This document shows, one piece after another, positions 41,656 to 55,594 of a stretch of DNA of 64,000 bases. The DNA lies in NCBI GenBank assembly GCA_964016885.1, contig OZ024741.1:114948001-115012000 (forward strand), read 5' to 3'. A program made the translations under genes and the position numbers. Each line of letters begins with the position of its first letter. Positions within the stretch are counted from its first letter, which is position 1. This DNA is from Eledone cirrhosa. Its lineage: Eukaryota. The notes under the pieces were generated by a model, which was not told where the DNA came from, did no database searches, and saw only the letters and a program-made list of their open reading frames with translations.

Positions 41656-42838
41656 GGCTATAACACCCCACTTGCCTATTTTGTAATGGGTAACCCCTGC
41701 TTGCCAATGGAGACGTAAGATCTTCTTTTACATTCTTTTATCGCTTCCTCTATATTTCCTCCTTCCCCCATCCCTCCCTAGTCCTTCTACCCCAGTTCCC
41801 TTTCTTTGTCGTCGTCTTTTTCTCGCCCACCCGAGGTAGCCCATCGGTCCCTTGTAGCTTCAGCACCCCCACCCCTCCCCTATTCTATGATAGATTTGGC
41901 TGACTCCGCTTTTTATAGCAGAGGTGTTAGACTTCGGATACTCGCCCCCTTCTCCGACCGCTGTCCTTTTTTTCCGTGCCTTCTATATTTCTTAGTGGCA
42001 TCTTTGCTTTAATTTCTCGTTTATCCAGTATTTCTTTCTTCTTTTTCCCTTTTTTTTTGGGGGGGGGGGGTGTTCCTGTATTAATTTTCCGTTCTTTACT
42101 TTTACTTCGTACGATCTTTCATGTAGCTTGTATAAGACTTTTTGTTTCGTGGCCGTACCCTTAGAGTTAGCACTAGTATTTTTTTGCGGGACCCTGAATT
42201 ATATTCTCGTACTAGTTTACTTTCTTGCACTGGGTGGTTGCTGGCCCTGTGATTGGGGTAGAAACCTTTATTATTTTCGGGGTAGTCTCTTTAGTATTCT
42301 GGCCCCCCCTTTGTTGACCCGTCACCGTACCATACACGCACTTATACCTCGTGTAAGGGTCCCTTTATTTCCGTCCCACTTAGTTTATTTCTATTATTAT
42401 TATTTATTTTTTTATTCTACATTATATATATATATATATTCTTTTTTTAATTTATTTATTTATTCTTTTATTCACTTATTTGTTTATTTATTTATTTATG
42501 TATTTCTTTAGCCTAGCAATAGCGAGAGACTTATGTCTTAGTAAGCAGATTTTGCTTTTTTTATTTTCTCTCTCAGTACCTTTTATAGTTTTACCTTCCA
42601 TTGTTCTACTTACCGTTTCGACCTCCTCCCCCTCCCGCTCCCCAGTATCCTCTTTGACCTCACACCCAGCTGTAGCGGGCACTACCAACGCATGAATGGG
42701 TCTACTCCACCCCTCTCCCTTTTTCTCCTACCGGCAGGTTTAGCTACCCCTTCCCCCACCAACTTGCCATCACAGATTTACTACTAACTTGTGATGTGAC
42801 CAATCCTGGTGATTATCTCTTTGACCATATATCGAATT

Positions 42839-42932
42839 ACCCCTTGATAAGTTCGGCTATTTAAATACCAGAATAAATTTTCATTCAGTACATAATTAGC
42901 CGTCGAAACGGCTTGAGATCAGCCGTCGGGGT
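42839..42932 (+). ncRNA. hammerhead ribozyme, U3-A8 core (3' pLTR, GUC site)
   Basis: as 39210-39303 but with a GTC cleavage triplet at 42925-42927. Confidence 0.82.
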
Positions 42933-43027
42933 TTTACTTGTTCCTATAGTTATATATATATAGTTATATATAGTTATATATATATTTATATGTATATAGT
43001 TAGATATATATATATATAGTTAGATAT

Positions 43028-43712
43028 ATATATATATAGTTATATATAAGGAAAAGAAAGATCTTAGCTAATGGTGTGGCCACCTCCATATTATATGGTG
43101 GGTTAAACCAACAAATGCGACGGGATCTATTTCTTCTAGGTCTATTTTCGTACTCTGTATATGCTACCTTATCGACAAATCCACTTCGAGCAAGAGCTTC
43201 ATTGTAATAAGTGGAATGGTCGTTGAAAATGCGCTCGTTGGTGGAAAGACGAGAAAGTCTCAACGAAACGTTTTTTACCAGGTTCTTGGTTATGCTGGCA
43301 GGATGGTTGGAATGCTTACTTATGTAATTAAGCGTATCATTCGGCTTTCTATACGGGTAATACAACCCATTCAATAAATTGAGGGTAACGTCGAGGTAAT
43401 TAACGACCGAGAGATTGTCCTCAACCTGTATAGAGAGGTTGAAGCCTTTAAAGAAGGCTGTGAGTTCTTTTCTGAACCTGTCGCAAGCACGAGGTCCGCA
43501 CTTAGTCATGGTCAAAAGACCATCGTCACGGTACAAACCACCGCCCGCGTTGGGGAATTCGTCCTTGATAGAGAAAAGAAGGAAAAGGCCAATAAGATCA
43601 GTAGTCGCATTTGTTGGTTTAACCCACCATATAATATGGAGGTGGCCACACCATTAGCTAAGATCTTTCTTTCCCTTATTACGAAGCATTTTCCCCCTAC
43701 ACATAAATATAG
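43028..43712 (-). pseudogene. internal PLE fragment (same family as 1-1062) with ~105 bp inverted right arm
   Basis: GLYRDDGL..WFNPPY; 43604-43712 repeats part of the fragment in opposite orientation. Confidence 0.88.
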
Positions 43713-43787
43713 TTATATATATATATATAGTTATATATATATATATAGTTATATATATATATAGTTATATATATATATATATATATA

Positions 43788-44525
43788 TAAACGGAAAAAA
43801 TGAAACGAAATTTCATTTCCCTTCTTAGTACGGCTGTTACTTAAATATAAGTATGTACACGTACATATATATATGTATACAGACGCACAGAAGTATGTAT
43901 ATATATATACATACATGCACACATATATATATGTACGTATGGATTCACCGAACATCCATTACAATGTTCGGTGTGTTTGTAACCCGTAGTGTCTAGCAAC
44001 CATCGTTGCTCGTTTGTTCAACACTGACAAAGGAACGCTGTACTAGTTTCAAACTCATTAGCTATCGTCAGCAACGTATACCTTCCTGCCAGATTGTTGA
44101 ACATATATACTTACCTTATGCATATTAACGACTGAGTAGCCCAATTTGCATATCGAGTGGATTAATCGGCCGGGTGCACCAAAAACGATAAACGGAAAAA
44201 ATGAAACGAAATTTCATTTCCCACTCTTAGTATGGCTGTTACTTAAATATAAGTATGTACACGTACATACATATATGTATATAGACGCACATGCAAGCAT
44301 AAGGTAAGTATATACGTTCAACAATCTGGCAGGAAGTTATACGTTGCTGACGATAACTAATAAGCTTGAAACTAGTACAGCGTTCCTCTGTCACTGTTGA
44401 ACAAACGAGCAACGATGGTTGCTAGACACTACGGTTTAATACGGGATGTTTGTTTACAAACACACCGAGCATTGTAATAGATGTTTGGTGAATCCATACG
44501 TACATATATATATGTGTGGATGTAT
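43788..44525. repeat. diverged relative of the 470-bp family, inverted arrangement, HHRs at ~44035-44077 (-) and ~44341-44384 (+)
   Basis: ACGTTG-CTGACGA-..-GAAA-CTAG-TA-CAGCGT. Confidence 0.8.
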
Positions 44526-45874
44526 GTATATATATATACATACTACATTTTATATTTCGTTTCATTTAAACAAGATTTATTTTAAAAGATCGACACAGCT
44601 TCCATCACTTGTTGACCCCACATCATTTAGACAACAAATGTTATTACGAAAGAGGAATGGATTCTACATATGCCCTTAGCCTTTCATAAAAATATAGCAG
44701 GTCTTTACATATGGTTAACGCACCAGCAAGCGTTTTATGACCATTTCTCCTGCTAAAGTAAAAGTTAACAGCGCGGGACTCATGAAAGGTTTCATACTTA
44801 TCATTGAATCATTTTTGAGGCTATATTTTACGGCCAGATACCCTTTCTGTCTCTAACCCTTTTATGACACGCATAGAAACTGTATAGATATTCTTAAAAG
44901 GACACACAGAGCATATTTTAGATAGACACTATATGTTAATATAAGGGTGGTGGATTGGAACGAATGCTGCAAAGCATTCTATCCAACGTTCTAACGAATC
45001 TGCCAATTCACTGCGCCCACTCTTTACTATTAATATACTATAAGACTGGAGAGGCCAACCTTTTAGAAAGCATGTGTCCCCATTGGGTATAGTGTAGAAA
45101 GATTTCATTGCATGCCCGTTATCAATTTCGAGCCGCAGATTATCATTTTTATTATAATTGCAAATAAAGAAATCATTATAATTGCAACTTAATGGCTGTG
45201 GATTGACAGAGTCATTAGAACGTCGGAAAAACACTTCCGATGTCGATAAAATAAAGTAGCAGTGAAATACTGAGATCATTTAATCGACTTTCTTCTCCCA
45301 CCAAAATAACTGGCCTTGTGCCTAAATTAAAAATCCCTATACGTTAATACATATTTACCATCATCACGTGTTGAATCGAACAAACTACATTTTAATGTGT
45401 ACATTAACTACTGATTACCTTTATTAAACTCAAGCTTTTCCTCTCCTTTATAACTCAAATTCTGTAACGAAATATTCAAGGAAATGTTTAATGACTAGAT
45501 AATTACCGCCAGAATCATTCGTTTAAAATAAATAAAAAACCTAACTGTTACACGCTTGTTTTGATGTTTTATTCCAACGCAAGCAAATAAAATAACAAAT
45601 GAAAATAAATCGGTTAATGTAAACACGGAGACCGAAAGAATTAACAAGAGGCATCTACGCTAATTCAAATATAATTATCCAGTGTTTCAAATTTCCCGTT
45701 TCCCAAATGGTTCTTGACTCAACCGGATGTTTGCACTCACTTGCTACAGGCTTAACATCTTCCAAACTAGAGTAATGAACGGTCAGTGATTATTTATCAA
45801 TGATGGACAATGCACACACCCAGCATCAGATTCTTCGTAGGTACCTTTGCCCATTTTTGTCCGTTTCCAGTGGG

Positions 45875-46065
45875 AGACCTGCCAACCTCTAAAAACCCAA
45901 AACGGGGAGTACCATTAAAAAAGTGCCCCCAAACCGGGAGAAATGAGGCAAAATGGGGAGATGTTACTCAATGAAAGCTATACCCGAGAGAAGACATCCC
46001 TCGCCTACCACAAAAGGGGTGGTAGATCTCCGCCACCCGTTGGACGGGGCGAGTTGACAGGTCTG
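45875..46065. mobile_element. small MITE
   Basis: TIRs AGACCTGCCAAC / GTTGACAGGTCT; CAGTGG on both flanks. Confidence 0.55.
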
Positions 46066-47107
46066 CAGTGGTGCATTACCCAATTTGTTCAGCTATTGTC
46101 TATACGATAGACTCTATCGTGATGGACACACACATATACACACGTACATACACACACACACACACACACATATGCATATCATATATGATACATATCATCC
46201 ACATCATCAAAATTATCATCGTTATTTAATACCCACACATACTCATCAAGCACATGCCCATATGTGTACACGTAAATATTCACATTCACAGGCATTCGTG
46301 TAGGCATATACATATGGTGAGTTTCTATATCTGTCGATCTTTCAATATATATCAATTTGTCTGTCTATTTATCTAATACACACACACAAGCACACAGGAA
46401 CGCACACGGATAGATAGATATAGTCATCACACACATATACACACGATCAGGAATAAATAAGCGTCGGGCTTTTACTAGTCGTAATAATAAAGAGCAGGAT
46501 CGCAGTATCAATATAACATCATTATGTTTATTCACACAAGACGTGCGTTTCGCGATCAATCAGTTCAAGGAACAATCTGTAGAGATCCCGCTCGACTCTG
46601 GAATCGATAGTTCATCAAACTTGTGGATTCTTGAATGAATGTAGTTATCTCTGTCCTATCGTTATATATACAAAAGGCATTGCCAATTCCTAGTCAGTTG
46701 TGGTGCCATAGCAACCTTTGGCTTTCATTGGTAGTGGGTGTGTAGTATAGTGAAATACCAAAGATAAAATCCCACATCGGCAGCCGGAACCATCAGCATT
46801 GAGTGTTCAAACTGGTGAACAAATAATAACTAAACGTTAGACAATAATACACTATGTATATATAGTTATACACAGACAGACAGACACACACACACACATA
46901 TACAGTGGCGGACTGGGTCTAAAAATATTGGTTGCCAGGAGAAAAAGGAGGAGAATAATAACATTTTCAAAAAATACATAAGTGGAAACAAAACATTGTA
47001 ATCAAATTTTTGCGGAAAAATATCTTACCTTCTCCAATAAAAAATATGTATTTTTCGAAATCCAGAGACTTTCAATAATGACCTTTGGTCTTTTACAGTC
47101 ACTCACT

Positions 47108-47156
<49 letters not shown>

Positions 47157-47158
<2 letters not shown>

Positions 47159-48394
47159 GGATGCCGACGGTATTTGAGGACACATGTATTTTTAGTCATT
47201 ATTTTATTTGACTAATTTTTATTGAACAGAAAATAACAATGAAAATAACTATGCTTACTAATGAAATGAAAAGGCATGCTGTGATTGTGGCTTTGAAGGC
47301 TAAGCAGGGAGATTTAGAAATTTCTCGTTTTTTGAAAGTTGCAAGATCTTTTGTCCACAAGATTCGGTGTGAGTTAGAGAAAGAAGATGGAAGCGTATTA
47401 CCTGTATCAAAACGTAAAAAAACATTCCAAACGCTCTGGTTATAACAGGACACCTGAATTTATTCAGGAAGTTAAGCAAAATATTGATGACAATCCAGGA
47501 AAATCAATGAGGTCAATTGAAAAAATGTTGGTGTGTCAGAAAAAACAATCAGAAATGTTGTGCATGAAGACATCAGATACAAATCTTACGTGATGAGGAG
47601 AGGTCGATTCCTGCCAGAAAAAAAACAAAAGAAAAGCGTTTAAAAACAAAGGAAAAGCATTTAAGACCCAAAAGACTTTTAAACAAACTTAAAAATCCAT
47701 CAGAAGATGGTGTGATTTGGTTTTTCTCGGATGAGAAAAACTTTGACCAGGACCACAAAACAAACAGAAGAAATGACAGGTGGCTATGTGCAGACCCTTC
47801 TGAGGTTCCAAGAGTAATGCACACAACATTTCCTGCAAGTGTCATGGTTTTGGGTGTTGTTAGCAATGAAGGGCATGTGATGCCTCCTCCCTTTTTTCCA
47901 CAAGGCCTTAGGGTGAATGCTGCTGCATATATTGAGTTTCTCGTTAAAGTTGTTAAGCCTAGGATCAACCATGTATGTAATGGACGGCCTTATGTCTTTC
48001 AACAAGATTCTGCACAAGGCTCAAATCACACGACAATTTGCATGATCACATCACCCCAAACATTTGGCCTCCTAATCCTCCAGATCTCAATCCACTGGAC
48101 TACTATGAATGGAGCATCGTTGAGAAAAATGTCGATGAAGACCCCCATTGCACCAAAGATTCTTTGAAAGCCGCCATAATTCTAGTCATGTCCGATAAGA
48201 ACCAGGACCACTTAATCCGAGCTTGCAAACGATTTCAACCACACGTAGAGGCAGTTATTGATGCTTATGGTAGTTTTATTGAATGAAATTATTAAATTGA
48301 TAATTTAGCTTTATGTTTATAAGAATACAGTCTTTTTTCTGTTATATAAGCATCTTAAAAAACCATAAATCTGTCCTCAGATATCATCTGCAAC

Positions 48395-48397
<3 letters not shown>
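47157..48397 (+). mobile_element. Tc1/mariner-superfamily transposon (DDD, maT-like), frameshifted transposase 47239-48286
   Basis: degenerate TIRs CAGGATGCCGACGGTATTTGAGGACA / rc CAGGTTGCAGATGATATCTGAGGACA; FSDEK, FQQDSA, WPPN.PDLNPLDY motifs. Confidence 0.9.
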
Positions 48398-48446
<49 letters not shown>

Positions 48447-48557
48447 GAGTGCGCGTATATGTGTGCATGTACATGTGAATATATATATTTATATATATAT
48501 GTATACATAACATGTTTTCAAGTTGTACAAAATTCCCTAGGGATCTAATTGACATTG

Positions 48558-48654
<97 letters not shown>

Positions 48655-49169
48655 TTGTGTGTGTTTGTGTGTCTATATATGTATGTTTTCATGCATGAAT
48701 GAATACACTAAGCTTTAGATTTAGTAGAATGTACAACCATTTATTCCAGCTATTACGTTTGTATACATATATGTATGTACGTATACATACTTATATTTAA
48801 GTATCAGCCGTACTAAGAGTGAGAAATGAAATTTCATTTTTTCCATATATATATATATGTGTATATATAAATACAAAGTGTTAAAACGATCAAATTTTAG
48901 TTTAGAACATTTATTAGCTGACAATTGTTTCTTCCAGAGGGAAGTCTGGAATCATCGGAGCATAAGGAATGTCGAAAACGTGTAACTAGAATCCTAGCCA
49001 TTTAGAACATTTAGGGTACATAGTTGTTAATAGCGTCAAAGGCATCATGTGGAGATTCAGGAGTTAAAAAGATATATATATATATATATATATATATCTA
49101 TAGCACTGACGGAGACCATCACTAATTATTAACATCGATGTAGTTTTTTATATCGATATTGCATGGGCA

Positions 49170-49292
49170 TCCACTGATGAGTTATACGGGCCCGCTTGTG
49201 TGTATATCTATGGATTATATACAAGTTTCTACATAACCTGGACGCTATTTATCCCAACTTGTAGAAATCTCATAACGAAACGATCGTATGGA
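49170..49292 (+). ncRNA. solo type I hammerhead ribozyme with branched stem II
   Basis: TCCA-CTGATGA-GTTAT...ATAAC-GAAA-CGATCG-TA-TGGA. Confidence 0.85.
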
Positions 49293-49482
49293 AGGAAAGA
49301 GAGATTTATTTAATTATGTCTCATATAAAATAATACAACCAGCTATCCACAGAATACTGTATAGTTAGCACCCCAAACGCTAAATTGGGATTATACTTAG
49401 GTATATCCTAATGTTTGTTGAGTGAGATGGAGTTAGTCAGATTATCGCTTAAAGCTTTCTATGTTAATGTATTAAATATATA

Positions 49483-49628
49483 TCTCCTTATAATATATAA
49501 CCAGCAATTTCTCTGTCTGTCCGACAGTGGAAACACGTGCGCGCGTGCGAATGTTTTTTGCGCACGCGTAGAGAGAGAGTGAGAGTGAAAGAAAGAGACA
49601 GACTACGAGAGGGGGATAGCGGGAGAGA

Positions 49629-49663
<35 letters not shown>

Positions 49664-50007
49664 TAGACGCTAAAACACGTGCGCGCGTGCGAATGTTTTT
49701 TGCGCATGCGTAGAGAGAGAGTGAGAGTGAAAGAAAGAGACAGACTACAAGAGGGGGATAGCGGGAGGGAGAGAGGGGGAATTGAGGAGTGCTACAGAAA
49801 CATATATACATTTTTGTGTGTGTGTAATATATATATATATATACACACACAGAAATATATATATATACACACAGAAATATATATACATTTCTGTGTGTGT
49901 AATATATATATATATACACACACACACAGAAATATATATACATTTCTGTGTGTGTAATATATATATATATACTAGCAGAAAACCGCACGCGATCGGTTTT
50001 CTGCTAG
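49483..50007 (+). mobile_element. putative non-autonomous Helitron
   Basis: 5' TC, internal tandem repeats, terminal hairpin CTAGCAGAAAACCG..CGGTTTTCTGCTAG. Confidence 0.55.
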
Positions 50008-50914
50008 TCTATATCTATATAAAACTGAGGATGTCTGTCTGTGTGTGTGTGTGAGTTTGAATCCCTAAAACTCAAGACTAACCCAACCGACTCTTTTCAA
50101 ACTTTACACATGTAATACTTATGTTTCAGGGAGTGTTCTGAGCAAAAACAATTTAAAATTTTCAATGCCCTAGGGACCGCATCAGGCGATTTAGCGATCT
50201 CTCTCTATAATTCTTAGTCTTTCTCTTTTTAGATAGATACATACATATAACGTCGCGCCCTTATAATATCTGTCTGTATGTCTGGCTGTCTGCATTACGT
50301 CACTTCCCTGAGGATGTCTGTGTGTGTGTGTGTGTGAGTTTGAAAACTTGAGAAGTACCCAACCGATTTTTTTCAAACTTTACATGTGTATTACTCATAT
50401 TTCAGGGAGTGTCATGCACATAAAAAATTCAACTTTTTGATCTCCTAGGTGAAAAACTGCGTTTTTTAAGCTTTTTAGGGGTCCTTTGAGGCGTTACGTC
50501 AGACCGATTTCTTTGAAATTGTAACTATGTATTAGTCAGTCTCTTCTTCATACCGTGAGCAAAGAAAATCCAACTTTGTTATGGGGTAGGGCCTGCATTA
50601 GGTGAAAAACTTCATTTTTTCAGCTTTTTAGGGCTTTTTCGAGGCGTTACGTCTCGCCGATTTTACCGAAATTCCAAGGCATATTATGCACATAAAAACA
50701 AATTCATTTTCTTGATCCCCTAGGGCCCGCATTACGTGAAAACCTGCATTTTTCCTAATTCATCGAGGAAAATCTTAAAGATTATCCAGCCACCAGAGTA
50801 TTCGTTTTATTTTCTTTACATATTGTCCAGGCATGCAGTTTTTCCACGATTAGGTCTGTTGGTGGCCCACCTTCCAAAATACCTTATCCCGTGCAACGCC
50901 GGGTACACTGCGAG
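50008..50914 (+). mobile_element. non-autonomous Helitron (copy 1)
   Basis: 5' TCTATAT.., 3' CCCG..CGGG hairpin + C(G)AG; paralog at 53845-54804. Confidence 0.75.
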
Positions 50915-51129
50915 TATGTAATAAAATGAAGAATTGCGAAGAAATAACTATGATGGCTAGTAGACAACTGATGATGGATAGTCCTGGCTTCTATTTCTAA
51001 TTCTTCATTTTATTATATATATCATATTGCAACAACACAGCTCGCCATTTTTCATTTATATATGGTGGCTGCCAACTCGTTTTCGAGTACGGCCACTACT
51101 TTATATCCATGTAGGAGAACCCCTACCGA

Positions 51130-51665
51130 TGCGCTGAACGAGTGTGACTTTTTAGTCCAGCCAGCGACTTGAAAACTCTGGTACAAACATTACACATGTG
51201 ACAATTATTGACACAGTGCTAGGCCCATGGTACCATGTGACGACAAGTGCAGAGAGATCTCCAGATACAAAGCAATGCCTGTGCCGTGAAGCTTTTATAG
51301 TGAGCAAAGGCACTGCACAAAGCCAGTCCCACTCTCTTAACCAAGATGATATTTACCAAAAAGAAGAACAAGTCAACATCATTGGATACCATCAGGGTTG
51401 CAGGTGTTACATTAGAGTTTTCCTTCTCCTAGAATACTGCCTTGACAAAGGCTAAGGGGTCATCTCTCCCAGTGATTTTGGATGGCCATTGACTCTTAAG
51501 AGCTCCTTTGCCCTTTGACAGGTTTTGTTTTTAGTCCTGCAGGATGTCCAAAGTCACCCTCCTCACCAAGAAACCTTGGTGGGGTTGCCAGTTTAGTCGC
51601 CAACGACCCGACCATGAGACAGGTTGTACTGGGATACATGTTACCAGTAGCACCAAGTGGTGACA
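51130..51665 (-). mobile_element. probable RTE-type LINE 5' UTR fragment
   Basis: rc contains GGAGAAGGAAAACTCT, recalled from RTE 5' UTRs; HDV-like motif at the 5' end. Confidence 0.4.
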
Positions 51666-52554
51666 GTATACATACATACATACATATACATACTGATTGG
51701 ACAGATGTCTTTAATCCATTGATACCAAACATTATTTGGTCAGTATTCGTGTGTATGTCTAAGTATATATATATACACCTGTGTGTCTGTGTCTATATAT
51801 GTATGTTTGCATGCATGAATGAATACACATTACTTTAGATTTAATAGAATGTACAACCAATGATTCCAGCCATTCGCACTTTTATATATTTTGGTTTCTA
51901 TTAATTTCCCGGGGAATTGGTTGACCAAATGCTTTGTTTAATTGTTTTATTTATTTTCAAAAAAATGTTATTCTTTCTCTTAGCAAGGCATTGGCCCCTA
52001 AAATACTACAGTGTGCCCACTGCAATGCTACTGTGGGCTCCTGCAATGTTAGCGTGGATCTCCTGGTGTCCACTTGGGCAACCTGGCAACCTGGCCAGTC
52101 CGCCACTGCTCATATATTTATATAATTCAAGTAAAAAATGAAATTGTAGTGGAGAACCATATATTACAATAATAGTATATTAGTTTAACGATCAAAAGAT
52201 GTAACAAAAGAGTCGTCACGTTCTTGCCACGTAAGAGACAAAACGCGCTGCATAAAGAATAAATAAAAAAAAAACAGCTTGCAGGTTTTTAGACGTGGCT
52301 TTAATATCTATCTTATTAAAGAAAATATCATTTGCTTACATTATATTTTGTGATGGTGACAAATTTACGGCATGGATGCCGGAGAAATATAACCTAAATA
52401 CCTGTTCAAATGTCTCTCAAGTGTCAGGGATTTAATGTATGGACATATAACTTCTATTGGAAATGTAGGATTGCCATCTTGGGCTCTTTAACCATGGCGG
52501 ACCACATACAATTTCTTTCAGAAAAGGAGAGAGAGAGAGAGAGAGGCTGAGAAA

Positions 52555-52925
52555 GTACAATCCTTGTACTGGATTAGTACATTGTTTATCGATCTCGAAA
52601 GGATGAAAGGCAAAGTTGACCTCGGCAGGATTTGAACCAACAGAGCCGGAACCATGCTGTCTGACGTTCTAATTACTCTGCCAATTCGCTGTCCACTACT
52701 GATATGATATGATATAATATGAACCCCTTAAGAGTGACATCAATACACTTAGCGTGTCTTGGGAATTTAAATCTAGTGGAGCCCATGGCTCTCACAGCTG
52801 ATTTCTTTCAGAGAGGGAAAGAGAGAGAGAGAGAGAATCAGCGGCAAAGTTGACCTCGGTGGGATTTGAACAAATACTGCAAAACATTCTATCCGATATT
52901 CTAACGACTGCCAATTCGCCATCTT
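52555..52925 (-). mobile_element. two degenerate tRNA-derived SINE fragments (Octopus-like)
   Basis: AAAGGATGAAAGGCAAAGTTGACCTCGGCAGGATTTGAAC; rc B-box GTTCAAATCC. Confidence 0.65.
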
Positions 52926-53442
52926 AACAGTGATTAATGTAATAGGATAATTCAGCTGCGTACAAATCTATGTGTATGTTTCAGTAAACAATATAATGTA
53001 ACCAGTAACAGCGGGTTTCTTTTCAAATGGGGACTACATGAAAATTTGCTACGGTTGAATGAATTCTATAGTTGCATCTCTGTGGTTTATATTAATTTCT
53101 CACCGATTCATGTAAACCCTTGAATGTATTTCTGTGAAAGCTATATTCACAAAACGTACATTACATTCCCTCTTCCTCTCACTGTCTCCCCTTTCTCTAT
53201 TTTTATACACATACATACGCCCGCACACAAACATGTTGATATTATTACTGAGGTGTAGATTTATAGGTATATAAATAACAACAAATATTTACTTATGGGA
53301 TGACTCTATACATGCAGAGTCGTGTTCGTAATATGTGTCTCGGTCAAACGATATCATATAACAGGAACAACAACAACAACAATAATAATGAAATAATGTA
53401 TGCATGTATGCATGTATATATAATATATGCCTTCATATACAC

Positions 53443-53479
<37 letters not shown>

Positions 53480-53589
53480 AGGAGAGTAACGTGAAGTTAC
53501 TGTAGGTTCACCCAGGTGAAGACTCGATGTTTAGGTTCAAGTCAGTGGCGAGGGGTAGAGCAAGACAAAGTGTAATATAATAATATAAT

Positions 53590-53838
53590 AATACAAGGAC
53601 GATTTGTTAAGCTTTCATTACGTTTATTGATTGGTGGCGCGCGTTTCGCTATTGTTTAGCTCAAGGTTCGATCGGACCTCTGCTGTAGTAATGTTATTAC
53701 TACAGCAGAGGTCCAACGAGCTTTTGATTCAAGAGTCGGGCCAGATCGATACAGATCGAACCTTGAGCTGCTCAATAGTGAAACGCGCGTCGCCAATCAA
53801 TAAACGTAATGAAGGCTTAATAAATCGTTATTGTATTA
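53590..53838. repeat. ~250 bp foldback; arms carry the 3' half of an HHR
   Basis: arms are imperfect reverse complements; 19-bp perfect apex; GAAA-CGCGCG-TC motif. Confidence 0.8.
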
Positions 53839-53844
53839 TATATA

Positions 53845-54140
53845 TCTATATATATAAAACTGAGGATGTCTGTCTGTGTGAGTTTGAATCACTAAAACTA
53901 GAGAAGCACCCAACCGACTCTTTTCAAACTTTACACATGTAATACTTATGTTTCAGGGAGTGTTCTGAGCAAAAACAATTTCAAATTTTCAATGCACTAG
54001 GGCCCGCATTAGGCGATTTAGCGATCTCTCTCTATAATTCTTAGTCTTTCTCTTTTTAGATAGATACATACATATAACGTCGCGCCCTTATAATATCTGT
54101 TGGTATGTTTGGCTGTCTGCATTACGTCACTTCCCTGAGG

Positions 54141-54225
<85 letters not shown>

Positions 54226-54804
54226 AATCCCTAAAACTCGATAATTACCCCAACCGAATTCTTTCAAACTTTACATGTGTATTACTTATGTTTCTGGGAG
54301 TGTTATGCATATAAAAAGTTCAACTCTTTGATCTCCTAGTGCCCGCATTAGTTGAAAAACTGCCTTTTTTCAGTTTTAGGGTTTTTTTTGAGGCGTTACG
54401 TCAGACCCATTTCCTTGAAATTGTAACTATATATTAATCAGTCTCTTCTTCATACCGTGAGCAAAGAAAATCTAACTATTTTATGGCCTAGGGCCTGCAT
54501 TAAGTGAAAAACTTCATTTTTTCAGCTTTTTAGGGCTTTTTCGAGACATTACGTCTAGTCGATTTTCCCGAAATTTCAAGGCATATTATGCACCTAAAAA
54601 AAATAATTTTCTTGATCCACTGGGGCCCGCATTAGGTGAAAACCTGCATATTTCCTGCTTTATCGAGGAAAATCTTAAAGATTAGAGTATTCGGTTTATT
54701 TTCTTTACATATTGACAATCCATGCAGTTATTCCACGATTAGGTCTGTTGGCGGCCCGCGTTTCAAAATACCTTATCCCGTGCAACGCCGGGTACCACTG
54801 CTAG
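53845..54804 (+). mobile_element. non-autonomous Helitron (copy 2)
   Basis: A|TC 5' end, 3' hairpin and CTAG|T. Confidence 0.8.
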
Positions 54805-54834
54805 TATATATAAAAGAGGTGTATATGAAAGCAC

Positions 54835-55037
54835 ATATATGGCTTCTGATTTTAGGCACAAGGCCAGCAATTTTAAGGGGAGGGGAAATTTGATTAAATC
54901 GACCCCAATACTTCCAGTTGCTTTATTTTATCGACCCCGCAGGGATGAAAGGCAAAGCTAACCTCGACAGGACTTGAACTCTATGCCGTGAAGCATATTG
55001 TCTGATGCTCTACCGATACTCCCAATCCACAGCCCTT
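54835..55037 (-). mobile_element. SINE (Octopus-like)
   Basis: TTTATCGACCCCGCAGGGATGAAAGGCAAAG..GGACTTGAACTC, same family as 52555-52925. Confidence 0.7.
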
Positions 55038-55158
55038 AATTATAATAATAATAATAATAAAAATAAAAATAATAATAATAAAATATTGTATGTATGTATG
55101 TATATATGTATGCATACATATATAGTATATGCCTTCATATACACCTCTCATATCTATA

Positions 55159-55201
<43 letters not shown>

Positions 55202-55370
55202 ATATACGTATATATATGTATATATATATATATATATGTATATATATGTATATATGTATATATATATGTATATGTATATATATGTATATATATATATGTA
55301 TATATATATATGTATATATATATATGTATATATATATGTATATATATATATATGTATATATACATATATG

Positions 55371-55589
<219 letters not shown>

Positions 55590-55594
55590 GTATA

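Larger units (their letters stand above)
38561..42947 (+). mobile_element. full-length PLE with direct pLTRs (38561-39318, 41656-42947)
   Basis: near-identical direct repeats flanking a complete RT-EN ORF. Confidence 0.93.
46903..52108. mobile_element. non-autonomous hAT-like element enlarged by nested insertions
   Basis: 14-bp TIR CAGTGGCGGACTGG / CCAGTCCGCCACTG; 8-bp TSD CACATATA / CTCATATA. Confidence 0.75.

Noticed and set aside
42118-42655. Segment missing from the 5' pLTR as a spliced intron
   Set aside because: No GT-AG boundaries on either strand; bounded by microhomology
44929-45279. 116-aa ORF as a host exon
   Set aside because: No recognisable domain, runs into SINE-like sequence, no convincing splice partners
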